A DNA stretch of 64,000 nucleotides from an uncultured Chloroflexia bacterium (GCA_963828165.1 CAWHDR010000001.1:608001-672000), one strand, 5' to 3'. Counted from the first letter of the stretch, positions 1 to 10,826 are shown. Notes: a model not told the origin generated them from the letters alone. Numbers and translations: made by a program.

Positions 1-20
1 TGAGCGGGGCTCCGCCGGGC

Positions 21-698
21 ATGCCGCGAACAACGGCGGTCCAGACCGCCGCGATCCGGTTCGACACCATCGACGGGGTCGAGGCCATCTCCGCGATCGC
101 GGCGACGACCGCCGCCATCGGCGGCCGCATCCGGACGCTGGCCACCGTCCGGCCGATCGAGGGGGATCCGCCGCTCGTCGAGATCGAGCTCGAAGTGGAG
201 GGCGTCACCGAGGACGCCCTGGTCGCGGCGCTCGAGGCCATCGAGGAGGTCCGGACCGTCCATCGGACGCAGGCACTGGGTTCCGTGTTCGGGAAGCGGA
301 TCATCGTCGTGGGCGGCGGCGCCCAGGTCGCGCAGGTGGCGCTGGGCGCGGTCAGCGAGGCCGATCGGCACAACCTCCGGGGCGAGCGCATCTCGGTCGA
401 CACGATCCCGCTCGTCGGCGAGCCGGCCATCGCGGCCGCCGTTCGCGCCGTCGCCGACCTGCCGCGGGCGCGGCTGCTCGTCCTGGCCGGATCGATCATG
501 GGCGGGGACATCAGCACGGCCGCCGACGAGCTGCGCGCCGTCGGCATCCCGATCATCGCGCTGAACATGGTCGGGTCCATCACCGAACACGTGGACCTGG
601 TCGTCTCCGACCCGGTCCAGGCCGGCACGATGGCCGTGATGGCCGTCGCCGACACGGCCACGTTCGACCTGGAACGCCAGCGCGGCCGCAGGTACTGA
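21..698 (+). CDS. DUF5612-family protein with N-terminal ACT-like domain
   Basis: C-terminal GKRIIVVGGGAQVAQVALGAVSEADRHNLRGERISVDTIPLVGE motif recalled from the DUF5612 family, which is mostly archaeal. Confidence 0.8.
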   Translation: MPRTTAVQTAAIRFDTIDGVEAISAIAATTAAIGGRIRTLATVRPIEGDPPLVEIELEVEGVTEDALVAALEAIEEVRTVHRTQALGSVFGKRIIVVGGGAQVAQVALGAVSEADRHNLRGERISVDTIPLVGEPAIAAAVRAVADLPRARLLVLAGSIMGGDISTAADELRAVGIPIIALNMVGSITEHVDLVVSDPVQAGTMAVMAVADTATFDLERQRGRRY

Positions 699-713
699 GC
701 GGACGGGCGGCCG

Positions 714-1613
714 ATGCGCATCGCGACCTGGAACGTCAACTCCCTCAAGGCCCGTCAGGAGGCCGTGGAGAACTGGCTGGGACGCGCCGACCCGGACATC
801 CTGCTGATGCAGGAGACCAAGCTGGGCGACGCGGACGCGCCCGTCATGGCATTCGGGATGGCCGGGTACCAGCTCGTGCATCACGGTGAGGGACGCTGGA
901 ATGGGGTCGCGATCGCTGCGCGCAACGGGCTGTCGATCGACGACGTCGTGACCAACTTCGGCGACGGGCCGGTACGGGACTCAGGTCCAGGGGGTACGGC
1001 CGGCTCCGAAGACGACTTCGACCCGTTCGACGAGGCGCGGATGCTGGCCGCGACCGTCGAAGGGCTCCGGATCGTGACGGTCTACGCCCCCAACGGCCGC
1101 GTCGTGGGCTCACCGTTCTACGAGGGCAAGCTCAAGTGGTTCGAACGGCTCGGTCGCTTCCTGGAGAAGGAGCGGAAGGCGGGCCGCGGAGACCAGCTCC
1201 TCGTCGGCGGAGACTTCAACGTCGCCCCGACGGACAAGGACGTCTGGGACCCAGCTGCCGCCCATGGGGGCACGCACGTCAGCGAAGCCGAGCGGGCGGC
1301 CGTCCGCGCGCTGATCGACCGGGGGCTGACGGACACCTATCGCGCCCGTCACGACGAGTCCGGCCGCTTCACCTGGTGGGACTACCGCGCCGGCATGTTC
1401 CACAAGAACTTCGGGATGCGGATCGACCTGCTCCTGGCCGGGTCTGATGTCGCGGGACGGCTGGTGGACGCGGAGATCGATCGCCAGGCGCGCAAGGGCC
1501 CACCCGTGCCGTCCGATCACGCCCCGCTGACCATCGATCTCGACGAGCCCGGCAAGCCATTCGATCCCGATTGGGAGGGCGCGCTCTCGCGCATCGCGAA
1601 GCGGACGCGGTGA
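714..1613 (+). CDS. xth: Exodeoxyribonuclease III
   Basis: MRIATWNVNS, QETK, YAPNG, GDFNVAP, FTWWDYR, RID and SDHAP motifs. Confidence 0.95.
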   Translation: MRIATWNVNSLKARQEAVENWLGRADPDILLMQETKLGDADAPVMAFGMAGYQLVHHGEGRWNGVAIAARNGLSIDDVVTNFGDGPVRDSGPGGTAGSEDDFDPFDEARMLAATVEGLRIVTVYAPNGRVVGSPFYEGKLKWFERLGRFLEKERKAGRGDQLLVGGDFNVAPTDKDVWDPAAAHGGTHVSEAERAAVRALIDRGLTDTYRARHDESGRFTWWDYRAGMFHKNFGMRIDLLLAGSDVAGRLVDAEIDRQARKGPPVPSDHAPLTIDLDEPGKPFDPDWEGALSRIAKRTR

Positions 1614-1677
1614 CGTTGCGGAGGGCGGGACGACCAGCGCTGCGTCCCACGTGCCGAACGTAGGCTCCGGCCGTCCG

Positions 1678-2784
1678 ATGATGGCCCCCAGCGACGTCGC
1701 CGCGGCGGAGATCCGCCTCATCGACCTGGAGAAGCGCTTCGGCGACGTCCGGGCGGTCGATGGGGTATCTCTGGACGTCCGGCCGGGCGAGTTCTTCTCC
1801 CTCCTTGGGCCGTCCGGCTGTGGCAAGACCACGACCCTGCGGATGATCGGTGGGTTCGAGCTCCCGTCGTCCGGGCGGATCCTGCTCCGCGATCGCGACA
1901 TCACCCGGGACCCGCCCGACAAGCGGCCGGTCAACATGGTCTTCCAGCACTACGCCCTCTTCCCGCACCTCGATGTGGCATCGAACATCGCCTTCGGGCT
2001 GCAGCGCCGGAAGGTGGACAAGGCCGAGATCGGGCGGCGGGTCGGGGAGATCCTGGGGCTCGTTCGCCTCGAGGGCTACGACAAGCGCAAGCCGGACCAG
2101 CTGTCGGGCGGCCAGCAGCAACGCGTCGCGCTCGCCCGGGCCCTCGTGAATCGACCGACCGTGCTGCTGCTCGACGAGCCGCTCGGCGCGCTCGACCTCA
2201 AGCTCCGCCGCCAGCTCCAGCTCGAGCTCAAGCGCATCCAGTCCGAGGTCGGGATCACGTTCGTGTACGTCACCCACGACCAGGAAGAGGCCCTGACCAT
2301 GAGCGACCGCATCGCGGTCATGCACGCGGGGCGCGTCGAGCAGGTGGGCACGCCCGAGGAGCTGTACGAACGACCAGCGACGCGCTTCGTCGCCGACTTC
2401 ATCGGCTCGACCAACATCCTGCGCGGCGTGGTCGAAGCCGACGGCTCCGTCCGGTTGTCCTCGGGCGAGCTGACGCGCGCCGTCCATGACGCGCTGGGCC
2501 CGGGGTCGGAGGTCGAGATCAGCATCCGTCCCGAATCGATCGACCTCGTCGCACCCGGATCCCCGGGCGCCATCCGTGGTCAGGTGGAACAGGCCGCCTA
2601 CCTCGGCACGAACCTCAGCTACCAGGTCCGCACGGCGGGCGGCCTGATCCTGTCCGTACTGGTACCGAAGACCGGGCCCCGCCTCCCGGTCGGCAGCGAC
2701 GTGGCCGTCTCCTGGTCCCCGTCCGAGGCCCTGGTCCTCGGCGACCCGGTGGCGCCCACACCCAGCGAGGAGGAACGGTCATGA
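1678..2784 (+). CDS. potA: Polyamine ABC transporter ATP-binding subunit
   Basis: Walker A GPSGCGKT, LSGGQQQR signature, LLLDEP, C-terminal TOBE region; first gene of the ABC operon. Confidence 0.85.
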   Translation: MMAPSDVAAAEIRLIDLEKRFGDVRAVDGVSLDVRPGEFFSLLGPSGCGKTTTLRMIGGFELPSSGRILLRDRDITRDPPDKRPVNMVFQHYALFPHLDVASNIAFGLQRRKVDKAEIGRRVGEILGLVRLEGYDKRKPDQLSGGQQQRVALARALVNRPTVLLLDEPLGALDLKLRRQLQLELKRIQSEVGITFVYVTHDQEEALTMSDRIAVMHAGRVEQVGTPEELYERPATRFVADFIGSTNILRGVVEADGSVRLSSGELTRAVHDALGPGSEVEISIRPESIDLVAPGSPGAIRGQVEQAAYLGTNLSYQVRTAGGLILSVLVPKTGPRLPVGSDVAVSWSPSEALVLGDPVAPTPSEEERS

Positions 2785-4004
2785 CCGAGCGATACGACGG
2801 ATCGACGATCGATCTGGAGAAAGCCCTGGTCCGCTACATGGTCGAGCACCGCCTGTCGCGACGCGACCTGCTCGAGCGGATCGCGCGGGTCGGGGCGGCC
2901 GCGGCCCTGGCGCCGGTCATCGCCGCCTGTACGGGTGGCTCCGGGAGCCCCGCGCCGTCCGTCGCGACCGCGCCATCCAGCGGAGCGCCGCCCTCGACCG
3001 GCCCGTCGGCGACCCCGGCTCCGACGCCCGTCCCCGAGCCCGAGGCGGAGCTCTTCATCTACAACTGGACCGACTACATCGGCGAGACGACGATCCCGTC
3101 GTTCGAGGAGAAGTACAACGTCAAGGTCACGTACGACTTCTTCGCGAATACGGAAGAGGCGTACGCGAAGCTCGGTGAGGACGGTGGCGGCTACGACGTG
3201 TCGTTCCCGATCTCGGTCGACATCCCGGCGTTCGTGGCCAAGAACGCGCTGCTGCCACTGGACAAGTCGCTGATCCCGAACATCGTGAACCTGGGCCAGG
3301 AGTGGGCGGACCCGGGCTACGACAAGGGCAACACGCACTCGGTCCCGTACATGTGGTGGACGACCGGCGTCGGCTACGACTCGACGAAGGTCACCGACAG
3401 CCCGACGAGCAGCAAGGCGCTCTGGGATCCGCGCTACTCGAAGCACATCTCCATGCTCGATGACTACCAGGAAGCGTTCGCGATGGCCCTGATCCAGCTC
3501 GGCCACTCGGCCAACACGACCGACACGGCCCAGATGGACGAGGCGCTCGCCCTGCTCCAGCAGCAGAAGCCGCTCGTCCGCGTGTACAGCACCGACACGA
3601 TCGGGACGCTCAGCTCCGGCGACGTGTGGATCGGCCAGATCTGGGGAGCCGACACGTACGCGATCCAGGCCGAGAACGAGAACGTGCTCTTCTACCTGCC
3701 GGAGGAAGGCGCGGTCCGCGGTTCGGACACGCTCGCGATCTTCTCGGGCGCGAAGCATCCGATCGCCGCCCACCTGTTCATCAACCACATGCTCGACGCC
3801 GAGGTGAGTGCCGCCAACACGAACTACGTCTTCTACATGGGCCCCAATGCCGCGGCCAAGGAGTTCATCGACCCGGCCATCCTCGCGGACCCTGCGGTGA
3901 ATCCAGAGCAGGCGCTCGTCGACAAGCTCGAGGAGCTGCTGGATCTCGGCCAGGACGTCCGCGACGAGTACCTGTCGCGCTGGCAGACGCTGCGTGGCGG
4001 CTGA
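2781..4004 (+). CDS. potD: Polyamine ABC transporter substrate-binding protein (Tat lipoprotein)
   Basis: SRRDLL twin-Arg motif plus IAAC lipobox; YNWTDYI, PYMWWTTG and PEEG motifs of PotD/PotF. Confidence 0.85.
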   Translation: MTERYDGSTIDLEKALVRYMVEHRLSRRDLLERIARVGAAAALAPVIAACTGGSGSPAPSVATAPSSGAPPSTGPSATPAPTPVPEPEAELFIYNWTDYIGETTIPSFEEKYNVKVTYDFFANTEEAYAKLGEDGGGYDVSFPISVDIPAFVAKNALLPLDKSLIPNIVNLGQEWADPGYDKGNTHSVPYMWWTTGVGYDSTKVTDSPTSSKALWDPRYSKHISMLDDYQEAFAMALIQLGHSANTTDTAQMDEALALLQQQKPLVRVYSTDTIGTLSSGDVWIGQIWGADTYAIQAENENVLFYLPEEGAVRGSDTLAIFSGAKHPIAAHLFINHMLDAEVSAANTNYVFYMGPNAAAKEFIDPAILADPAVNPEQALVDKLEELLDLGQDVRDEYLSRWQTLRGG

Positions 4005-4938
4005 ATCGGACGCTGTCGAACGCCCGGGGGTCCCGGGAGCGCCCGGGGCCGGGGCGGCGGCCGCCGCGCGCGCGGAGCCGGGCGCGTCCATCCGAAGCCG
4101 GCTCGTCGGCACGGTCCTGGTCGTGCCGGGGGTCGCCTGGCTGATCCTGTTCTTCGTCGTCCCGCTGCTGATGATCTTCGTCGTGAGCCTCGGCAGCCGC
4201 GACGCGCTGGATCGCGTGGTCCTGGATCAGCTGAGCCTGGACAACTACCGGCGGGCGTTCGATCCGTCCTTCCTGCCGACGTTCCTCAACTCGCTGCGGT
4301 ATGCGGCCGCGGTGACCATCCTGTCGCTCGCCATCGGCTACCCGATCGCGTACTGGATCAGCCGTTATGGCGGTCGCCACAAGGGGCTGCTGCTGGTCCT
4401 CGTGATGCTGCCGTTCTGGACGAGCTACCTCATCAGGACCTACGCCTGGATGATCATCCTGCGCGACAACGGGGTCGCCAACTCGGTCCTGCAGGCGGTC
4501 GGGCTGACGAGCGAACCGCTCATCCTGCTCAACACCGATTTCTCCGTGATCCTGGGGATGACGTACGGGTTCCTGCCCTTCGCGATCCTGCCGTTGTACG
4601 TCTCGATCGACCGGCTGGATCCGGCGCTCGTCGCCGCGGCCCGGGACCTGTACGCCACCGGTCGCGGGGCTTTCCTCAAGGTCACGTTGCCCTTGACGAT
4701 GCCCGGGATCATCGCCGCGACGATCCTGACGTTCATCCCGGCGATCGGCGACTTCGTGACCCCGGACCTTCTCGGTGGCGCCGAGACGACGACCATCGCC
4801 AAGGTCGTGCAGGAGCTGTTCCTCGAGGGGCGGGACTGGCCGTACGGCGCCGCGCTCGGCTTCCTGCTGATGGTCGTGACACTCGCGGGCACGCTGTTCG
4901 CCCTGCGTCCGTTGCGGGCAGAGGTCGTCGGCGCGTGA
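3994..4938 (+). CDS. potB: Polyamine ABC transporter permease
   Basis: LPFWTSYLIRTYAW motif, EAA-like loop, RDWPYGAA. Confidence 0.85.
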   Translation: MAAESDAVERPGVPGAPGAGAAAAARAEPGASIRSRLVGTVLVVPGVAWLILFFVVPLLMIFVVSLGSRDALDRVVLDQLSLDNYRRAFDPSFLPTFLNSLRYAAAVTILSLAIGYPIAYWISRYGGRHKGLLLVLVMLPFWTSYLIRTYAWMIILRDNGVANSVLQAVGLTSEPLILLNTDFSVILGMTYGFLPFAILPLYVSIDRLDPALVAAARDLYATGRGAFLKVTLPLTMPGIIAATILTFIPAIGDFVTPDLLGGAETTTIAKVVQELFLEGRDWPYGAALGFLLMVVTLAGTLFALRPLRAEVVGA

Positions 4939-4948
4939 GGTCGACCGG

Positions 4949-5758
4949 ATGACTGGACGCAACCGCTGGTTGTCGGCCTATGCGTTGGCCGGCTACATCT
5001 TCCTGTTCCTGCCGATCGTCGTGCTGATCGTCTTCTCGTTCAACGACTCGCGACGGAATTTCCAGTGGCGAGGGTTCACCCTCGAGTGGTATCCGCGGCT
5101 GTTCGCCAACGACGAGCTGCTCGACGCGCTGTCCGTGACGCTGCGGGTCGCGACGGTCGCGGTCATCGTCTCGACCGTGCTCGGAACGCTGCTCGGGCTC
5201 GCCCTGGCGCGGAGCCGGTTCCGCGGCCGCGGGGCGACCGAGACGCTCCTGCTCGTCCCGATGATCACGCCCGAGATCGTGATGGGCCTGAGCCTGCTCG
5301 TCTTCTTCTACCAGCTGTTTGGTGTCCGGGGCTCGTTCGCCCAGCTGTCGCTGGCCCACATCACGTTCTGCATCAGCTACGTGGCCATCGTGGTCCGGGC
5401 GCGGGCGGCCGGGATGGACCCGCGTCTCGAGGAGGCCGCGCGCGACCTGGGCGCGTCGGCCCTCGGGGCGTTCCGCTACGTGACGCTGCCGATCATCCTG
5501 CCCGCGGTCGCGTCGGGAGCGCTCCTGGCGTTCGCGCTGTCCTTCGACGACTACGTGGTCAGCACGTTCAACGCGGGTGTGGGGTCGTCGACGTTGCCCC
5601 TGTACATCTACGGCAAGGTCAAGTTCGGCGTCACGCCCGAGATCAACGCCATCTCGACGATCATCGTGGCCGTGACGGCCGTGGCCGTGTTGGCCGCGTG
5701 GCGGCTCGGTCAGCGGCGGGCGAGCCGCGCGACGAGCACGGCCGACGCCACGGCCTGA
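4949..5758 (+). CDS. potC: Polyamine ABC transporter permease
   Basis: FSFN, LEEAARDLGA, SFDD, TLPLYIY and PEINA motifs. Confidence 0.85.
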   Translation: MTGRNRWLSAYALAGYIFLFLPIVVLIVFSFNDSRRNFQWRGFTLEWYPRLFANDELLDALSVTLRVATVAVIVSTVLGTLLGLALARSRFRGRGATETLLLVPMITPEIVMGLSLLVFFYQLFGVRGSFAQLSLAHITFCISYVAIVVRARAAGMDPRLEEAARDLGASALGAFRYVTLPIILPAVASGALLAFALSFDDYVVSTFNAGVGSSTLPLYIYGKVKFGVTPEINAISTIIVAVTAVAVLAAWRLGQRRASRATSTADATA

Positions 5759-5777
5759 CGATCGCGTGCGCCCCTGA

Positions 5778-7076
5778 TCAGCGCTCGGCGGTCGCCTTCG
5801 ACCGACTCGATGCCCGCGAACCATTCGTCGACGCTGCCGTGGGCAACCGGACAGCCGGGACGTCACCGGCGGTCAGGTCACCGTCCTTCGGCGGCGGGAC
5901 GTCGTAGCGCAGGCGGACGGTCCGCTTGGAGTCGATGCCGTCATCCGCATACCGATCGACCAGCATGAGGTCGAAGGCGTGGACGCTCGGCTCCTGGTTC
6001 GAGAAGCGGCCGGCCGTCCAGCTCCGCGACTTCGTCCCGCGCTGCTGGAGCTCGCAGACGTGCCAGTCCTGCCGATTGGTCAGGTCCCAGAACGCGACGG
6101 CGTCCGACGGATCGAAGTCGGGGCGTGCGATCGTCGACGCCTCGAACAGCCACTGGCAGGTGATCCGCGTATGGTCCGCGCCGGACGGCTCGAGCCGGTG
6201 GACGAGCAGGTAGTCGGGGTGGATGGACAGGAACGTCGTCGGCCATAGGAGGTAGTAGTAGATCCGCCGCTCATCGAGCTCCGTGATGCCGGGGATGGAC
6301 GGACGGCCGCCGCGATGCCCGCCGTCGGCCGCCATGGTCTCGGCACCATCGACCAGTTCCATCCAACCGCCTTGCCAGGGCCCATCGGGCGCGTAGTCGC
6401 CACCGACGTCGTACGGCGTCAGGCGATTGAGCTGCGGGTGGATGCCGGGGCAGTGGTAGCACTCGCTGTAGTTCTCGCCGATGAACTTCCAGTTCGCGTC
6501 GACCTCGTAGACCTCCTCGTGGGCGACGCGAAGCAACGAGAAATCGAACCGGGCGAGGTGCGGGACGAGATCGCCGAGCCAGCCGATCAGCTCGGGCGGG
6601 TCCGTCGAGAGGCTGACGAAGACGAAGCCCTGCCAGATGGCCAGGGAGACGGACACGAGCCCATGGCCTTCGAACGAGAAATCCTCGAGATCTTCGGTGT
6701 GCTTGGCGCGGACGAGGCGCCCGTCGAGGTCGTAGATCCAGGCGTGGTACGGACACTGGAAGCGGACGGCCTTGCCGCACTGCTCCTCGACGACCGCGGT
6801 GCCGCGGTGCTGGCAGACGTTGTAGAACGCGCGAAGGATGTCATCGCGGCCCCGGACGACGATGAGCGGCTCGTCGTCGACGTTGGCGAGGAAGTACGTC
6901 CCGGGTTCGGCCGCGTCCTCCTCCCGGCCGACGATCATCCAGTCGCGCCGGAACCACTCACTCCGTTCGAACTCGTGGATGCCCGGGTCGTGGTAGGCCC
7001 GGCCGGGGAGCAAGGAGGCGGCCCGGTACGGCTTGCGGACCGCGCCGATCTCGTCGGGGGTCAGGAGCGACGTCAT
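5778..7076 (-). CDS. Rieske non-heme iron oxygenase alpha subunit (GbcA/stachydrine/choline N-demethylase-like)
   Basis: CQHRG...CPYHAW Rieske ligands; ENYSECYHCPGIH mononuclear iron motif; start overlaps the upstream stop (ATGA). Confidence 0.85.
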   Translation of the reverse strand: MTSLLTPDEIGAVRKPYRAASLLPGRAYHDPGIHEFERSEWFRRDWMIVGREEDAAEPGTYFLANVDDEPLIVVRGRDDILRAFYNVCQHRGTAVVEEQCGKAVRFQCPYHAWIYDLDGRLVRAKHTEDLEDFSFEGHGLVSVSLAIWQGFVFVSLSTDPPELIGWLGDLVPHLARFDFSLLRVAHEEVYEVDANWKFIGENYSECYHCPGIHPQLNRLTPYDVGGDYAPDGPWQGGWMELVDGAETMAADGGHRGGRPSIPGITELDERRIYYYLLWPTTFLSIHPDYLLVHRLEPSGADHTRITCQWLFEASTIARPDFDPSDAVAFWDLTNRQDWHVCELQQRGTKSRSWTAGRFSNQEPSVHAFDLMLVDRYADDGIDSKRTVRLRYDVPPPKDGDLTAGDVPAVRLPTAASTNGSRASSRSKATAER

Positions 7077-8245
7077 GACTTGGGGACGTCCTTCCTGGGG
7101 TCGATGAACGGGATGGCCGCCGTCCGCGCGGGCCAGCGCCCCCCGTCTGGCGCCTCGATCTCGAGCGGCGTCCCGGCGGCCGCGAGCGCGATCGGCACCC
7201 ACACGTAGCCGATGTTGCGCTCGAGGCGTGGCGACCAGATGAGGTCCGTCACCGTCCCGACCGCCTCGCCGTCATGGCGGGCGACGCACTTGCGCGACAG
7301 CTCGAACGGGAGCGCGTCGCCATCGACCTCGATGCCGACCAGCTTGCGATCGACCCCGCGGGCACGGATCTCCTCGAGGGCCGCTTTGCCGATGTAGTCG
7401 GCCGCCTGCGGCTCCACCAGGCGCTCGAGCCCCATGACCTCGAACGGGTTGTTCTCGATCGTGATGTCCGAGCCGTAGTTGAAGATGCCGGCCTCGATGC
7501 GGCGCGCCTCGCAGGGCGCGATCGGACGGATGTCGTGCGGGCGGCCCGCCTCCATGATCCGGTCCCACAGCTCGGCGCCGCGCGACGGATCGCGCAGGTA
7601 GACCTCGTAGCCCACCTCCCCCGTCCAGCCGGTCCGGCTGATGACGACGGGGATGCCGTCGAGCTCGGTCTGGAGCGTCCAGTAGTACTTGATGTCGTGG
7701 ATCTGGGGCCCGAACAGCGTCGCCATGACGTCCTTCGACTTGGGGCCCTGGACCTGGACCGGGTAGACCTCGGGCTCGCGGACCTTGACGTCCATGCCGC
7801 TGTGGATCGCGACGCCCCGTGCCCACAGGCCGGCGTCGCTATCAGCGAGGGCCAGCCACCAGCGATCCGCCTCGACCCGCAGCAGGACCGGATCGTTGAC
7901 GATGCCGCCGTCCTCGGCCGTGATCAGCACGTACTTCCCCTGACCCACTTCGCATTTCGTGAGGTCCCGGCAGGTCAGCGTGTTGACGAACGCCGACGCA
8001 TCCGGCCCCGTGATCTCGACGATGCGCTCGACCGAGACGTCCCATAGGGTCACGCCGTTCAGCAGCGCCCAGTACTCCTCGATCGGGTCCGCGTAGAAAC
8101 CGGGGAGGTACATGTGGTTGTAGATGTCGTAGGCGCTGCAACCAGCCTCCAGGGTCTTCTCGAAGAACGGCGAGCGGCGATACCACGGTCCGAAGTACAG
8201 CGTCGACGAGTCGGTCGTCGCGGGCGTGGTCATCGGGCTGGCCAT
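7073..8245 (-). CDS. GcvT-family THF-dependent demethylase (DmdA-like)
   Basis: YNHMYLP...LWDVSVER, SRTGWTGEVGYE and RRIEAG motifs; GGAGG RBS before ATG 8245. Confidence 0.85.
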   Translation of the reverse strand: MASPMTTPATTDSSTLYFGPWYRRSPFFEKTLEAGCSAYDIYNHMYLPGFYADPIEEYWALLNGVTLWDVSVERIVEITGPDASAFVNTLTCRDLTKCEVGQGKYVLITAEDGGIVNDPVLLRVEADRWWLALADSDAGLWARGVAIHSGMDVKVREPEVYPVQVQGPKSKDVMATLFGPQIHDIKYYWTLQTELDGIPVVISRTGWTGEVGYEVYLRDPSRGAELWDRIMEAGRPHDIRPIAPCEARRIEAGIFNYGSDITIENNPFEVMGLERLVEPQAADYIGKAALEEIRARGVDRKLVGIEVDGDALPFELSRKCVARHDGEAVGTVTDLIWSPRLERNIGYVWVPIALAAAGTPLEIEAPDGGRWPARTAAIPFIDPRKDVPKS

Positions 8246-8365
8246 CGGATCCTCCATCGGCTTGTCGATGGTCGGGATGGTCCGGCATCCAGGTTCTATT
8301 GCCTCTCGCGTTCCGCCAGATGGAGCGCCTGTTTCGAGTGGCGAGACGTCGTCCCGGGGCCGTGC

Positions 8366-10053
8366 CTAGTCCAGGGCCACCCGCTCGTGCCAGTGCGGAA
8401 CGTGCGTGGCCAGGCCGAGTTCCTGCACCTTGGGCTCAAGGGCGACCTGCGCCTCCGGGTCGCCGTGGACGAGGAACACGCGACGCGGGTAGCCGGCGTC
8501 GCCGGGGCGCTTGCCCTTCGTGAAGTCGCGCAGCCAGGCGAGCAGCTCTGTCTCGTCGGCGTGGGCCGAGAACCCGCTGATCGAGCGGACCTGGCAGCGG
8601 ACCTGACGCTGCTGCCCGTCGAGCCGCACTTCCTTGGCGCCGGCCTGGAGGTGCGCCCCGAGCGTCCCCTCGCCCTGGTAGCCGACGAACAGGATCGTCG
8701 CGTCCGGGTCGTCGATGAGCCGGCGCAGATGGCCGACGACGCGACCGCCGGTCAGCATCCCGTTCGAGGCGACGATCATGTACGGGCGCGAGGCCCGCTC
8801 GATCGCCTGGGACGCCTTGACGTCGTTGGTGACGATCTGGTCCGGGTAGTCGAATGGCGTGTCGCCCGTCAGCGGAGCAGCTCGGCGGTCTCCTCGTCGT
8901 AGTAGTCCGGGTGGCGCCGGTAGATGTCCGAGGCCTTCGAAGCCATCGGTGAGTCCAGGTACAGCGGCAGCAGCGGGATCTCGCCACGCTCGATGAGCCG
9001 GTCGAGCTCCCACACGACCTCCTGGGTGCGGCCGATCGCGAACGACGGCACGAGCAGCACACCGTTGGCCTCAGCCACGAGATGGATCGTCTCGACGAGG
9101 ATCCGGATCGCCTCGTCCTGGGGCTCGTGTTCGCGGCCACCGTACGTCGACTCGACGAGGACGTAGTCCGCGGCCGTCATCACGGTCGGGTCGCGCAGGA
9201 TCGGCGTGCCGGGGCGGCCGAGGTCCCCCGAGCAGACGATGACCCGCTCCTCCCCGCCCTCGCGGTCCTGGACTCGCAGCCGGATGATCGCCGACCCGAG
9301 GATGTGGCCCGCATCGAGGAACGTGGCCCAGACGCCGGGCGCGACCTCTCGCTCCTCGTCGTAGCCGATCGGCCGGAAATGCTCCAGCGTCCGTTCGGCG
9401 TCCTTCACGGTGTAGAGGGGCGCATCGAGGTCGATGTCGAGCGCAGGCGGCTGTGCGCGAAGGTCCGCCTCGGGGTCGCGCGGCCACGAAGCCGTTGCCC
9501 CTGGCTCGACGCTCGTCTCGACTTGCTCGCCGATCGACGATGCGACGGCCGTCGCGACGGCCGCGGGCCGCTCGACCGATCCTTCCGGTGCACCGGCCGT
9601 TTCGACCGCGACCTCCTCCTCGGAGCCACCGGCGGACGCCAGGTCGACCGCGGCCTGGTAGGCGTCTGCCTCCTTGCGGTCGTCGGCCTCGACCTCGTCC
9701 GGATGACGCTTCTCCCAGCGGGCCTCGCGCTTGGCGAACTCCTCGTGCAGGTGCCCGGAGTCGAGGAGCACGAGGGTCGCGAGCTCCACGGAGCCCGCCG
9801 TCGCGTGGATCGGCCCGGCGAACCCGCCCTTGACCAGCAGCGGCAGCAGGCCGCAATGGTCCAGATGGGCGTGCGTCAGGACGACCGCATCGAGACCCTT
9901 CGGGTCGAAGCCGAAGGGGATCCGGTTGCGCACGGACTCGTTCGGGCTCCCCTGGAACATGCCGCAGTCGATCAGGACGCGGGCCCGTTCGGTCTCGAGG
10001 AGGAATTGCGAACCGGTGACGGTGGTCGCGCCACCCAGGAAGTGGATCTGCAT
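8366..10053 (-). CDS. MBL-fold beta-CASP ribonuclease (Ysh1/TTHA0252-like); frameshift near 8870
   Basis: THAHLDH, AGHILGS, SGDLG and ESTYG in one frame; GGRVVGHL, GYQGEGT, FSAHAD and VHGD in a second frame. Confidence 0.85.
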
Positions 10054-10101
10054 GGCCGTCATGGTGACAGCCCGCGCGTCCATCGGGGTATCGTCGCGAG
10101 C

Positions 10102-10788
10102 ATGCCGCCTCCCAACGCCGTCACGAGGTCCCGACGGCTGGATCTCCGTGCGGCCGCGCCGCGCCTCCCGGCACTCATGGTCGGCCTGGTCCTGTTCGGC
10201 GTCGGGATCGCGTTGATGGTCGAGGCCGGGCTCGGTCTCGGACCGTGGGAGGCGCTGAACCAGGGCATCGCCCGGCAGACCGGCCAGGAGATCGGCACGA
10301 TCAGCATCCTGCTGGGCATCCCGATCCTGGCGTTGTGGTGGCCACTCGGGGAACGACCGGGTATCGGCACGTTGCTCAACGTGCTCTCGATCGGCACGTC
10401 GACGAACGTCGGCATCGCCCTGCTACCGACACCGCCCGACGACGCCATGGCCCTGCGACTCGTGATGATGCTGGGCGGGGTCGGGGTGATCGCCGTCGGC
10501 AGCGCGATCTACCTCTCGACCGACCTCGGGCCGGGGCCGCGCGACGGGCTGATGACCGGTGCCTCGCAGCGCTTCGGCTGGTCGATCCGGCGAGCGCGCA
10601 CCGTGATCGAGCTGACGGTCCTCGCGATCGGCTGGGCCCTCGGGGGGACCGTCGGGCTGGGCACCGTGGTGTTCGCGCTCGGGATCGGGCCCTTGCTGCA
10701 GATGGCGCTGCGCGTCTTCGATCGGGGCGGGCGGGTGGGACGCGGGCGTCGCGTCGAGCTCGAAGCGGAGGGCGTCGTCGGCGAATGA
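10102..10788 (+). CDS. YczE/YitT-family membrane protein
   Basis: [22 protein letters not shown] and GLGT repeat motifs; hydrophobic. Confidence 0.8.
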   Translation: MPPPNAVTRSRRLDLRAAAPRLPALMVGLVLFGVGIALMVEAGLGLGPWEALNQGIARQTGQEIGTISILLGIPILALWWPLGERPGIGTLLNVLSIGTSTNVGIALLPTPPDDAMALRLVMMLGGVGVIAVGSAIYLSTDLGPGPRDGLMTGASQRFGWSIRRARTVIELTVLAIGWALGGTVGLGTVVFALGIGPLLQMALRVFDRGGRVGRGRRVELEAEGVVGE

Positions 10789-10826
10789 GCCGGTGGCGAG
10801 GCGACAAGCTACTCGGGGCAGGAGCG

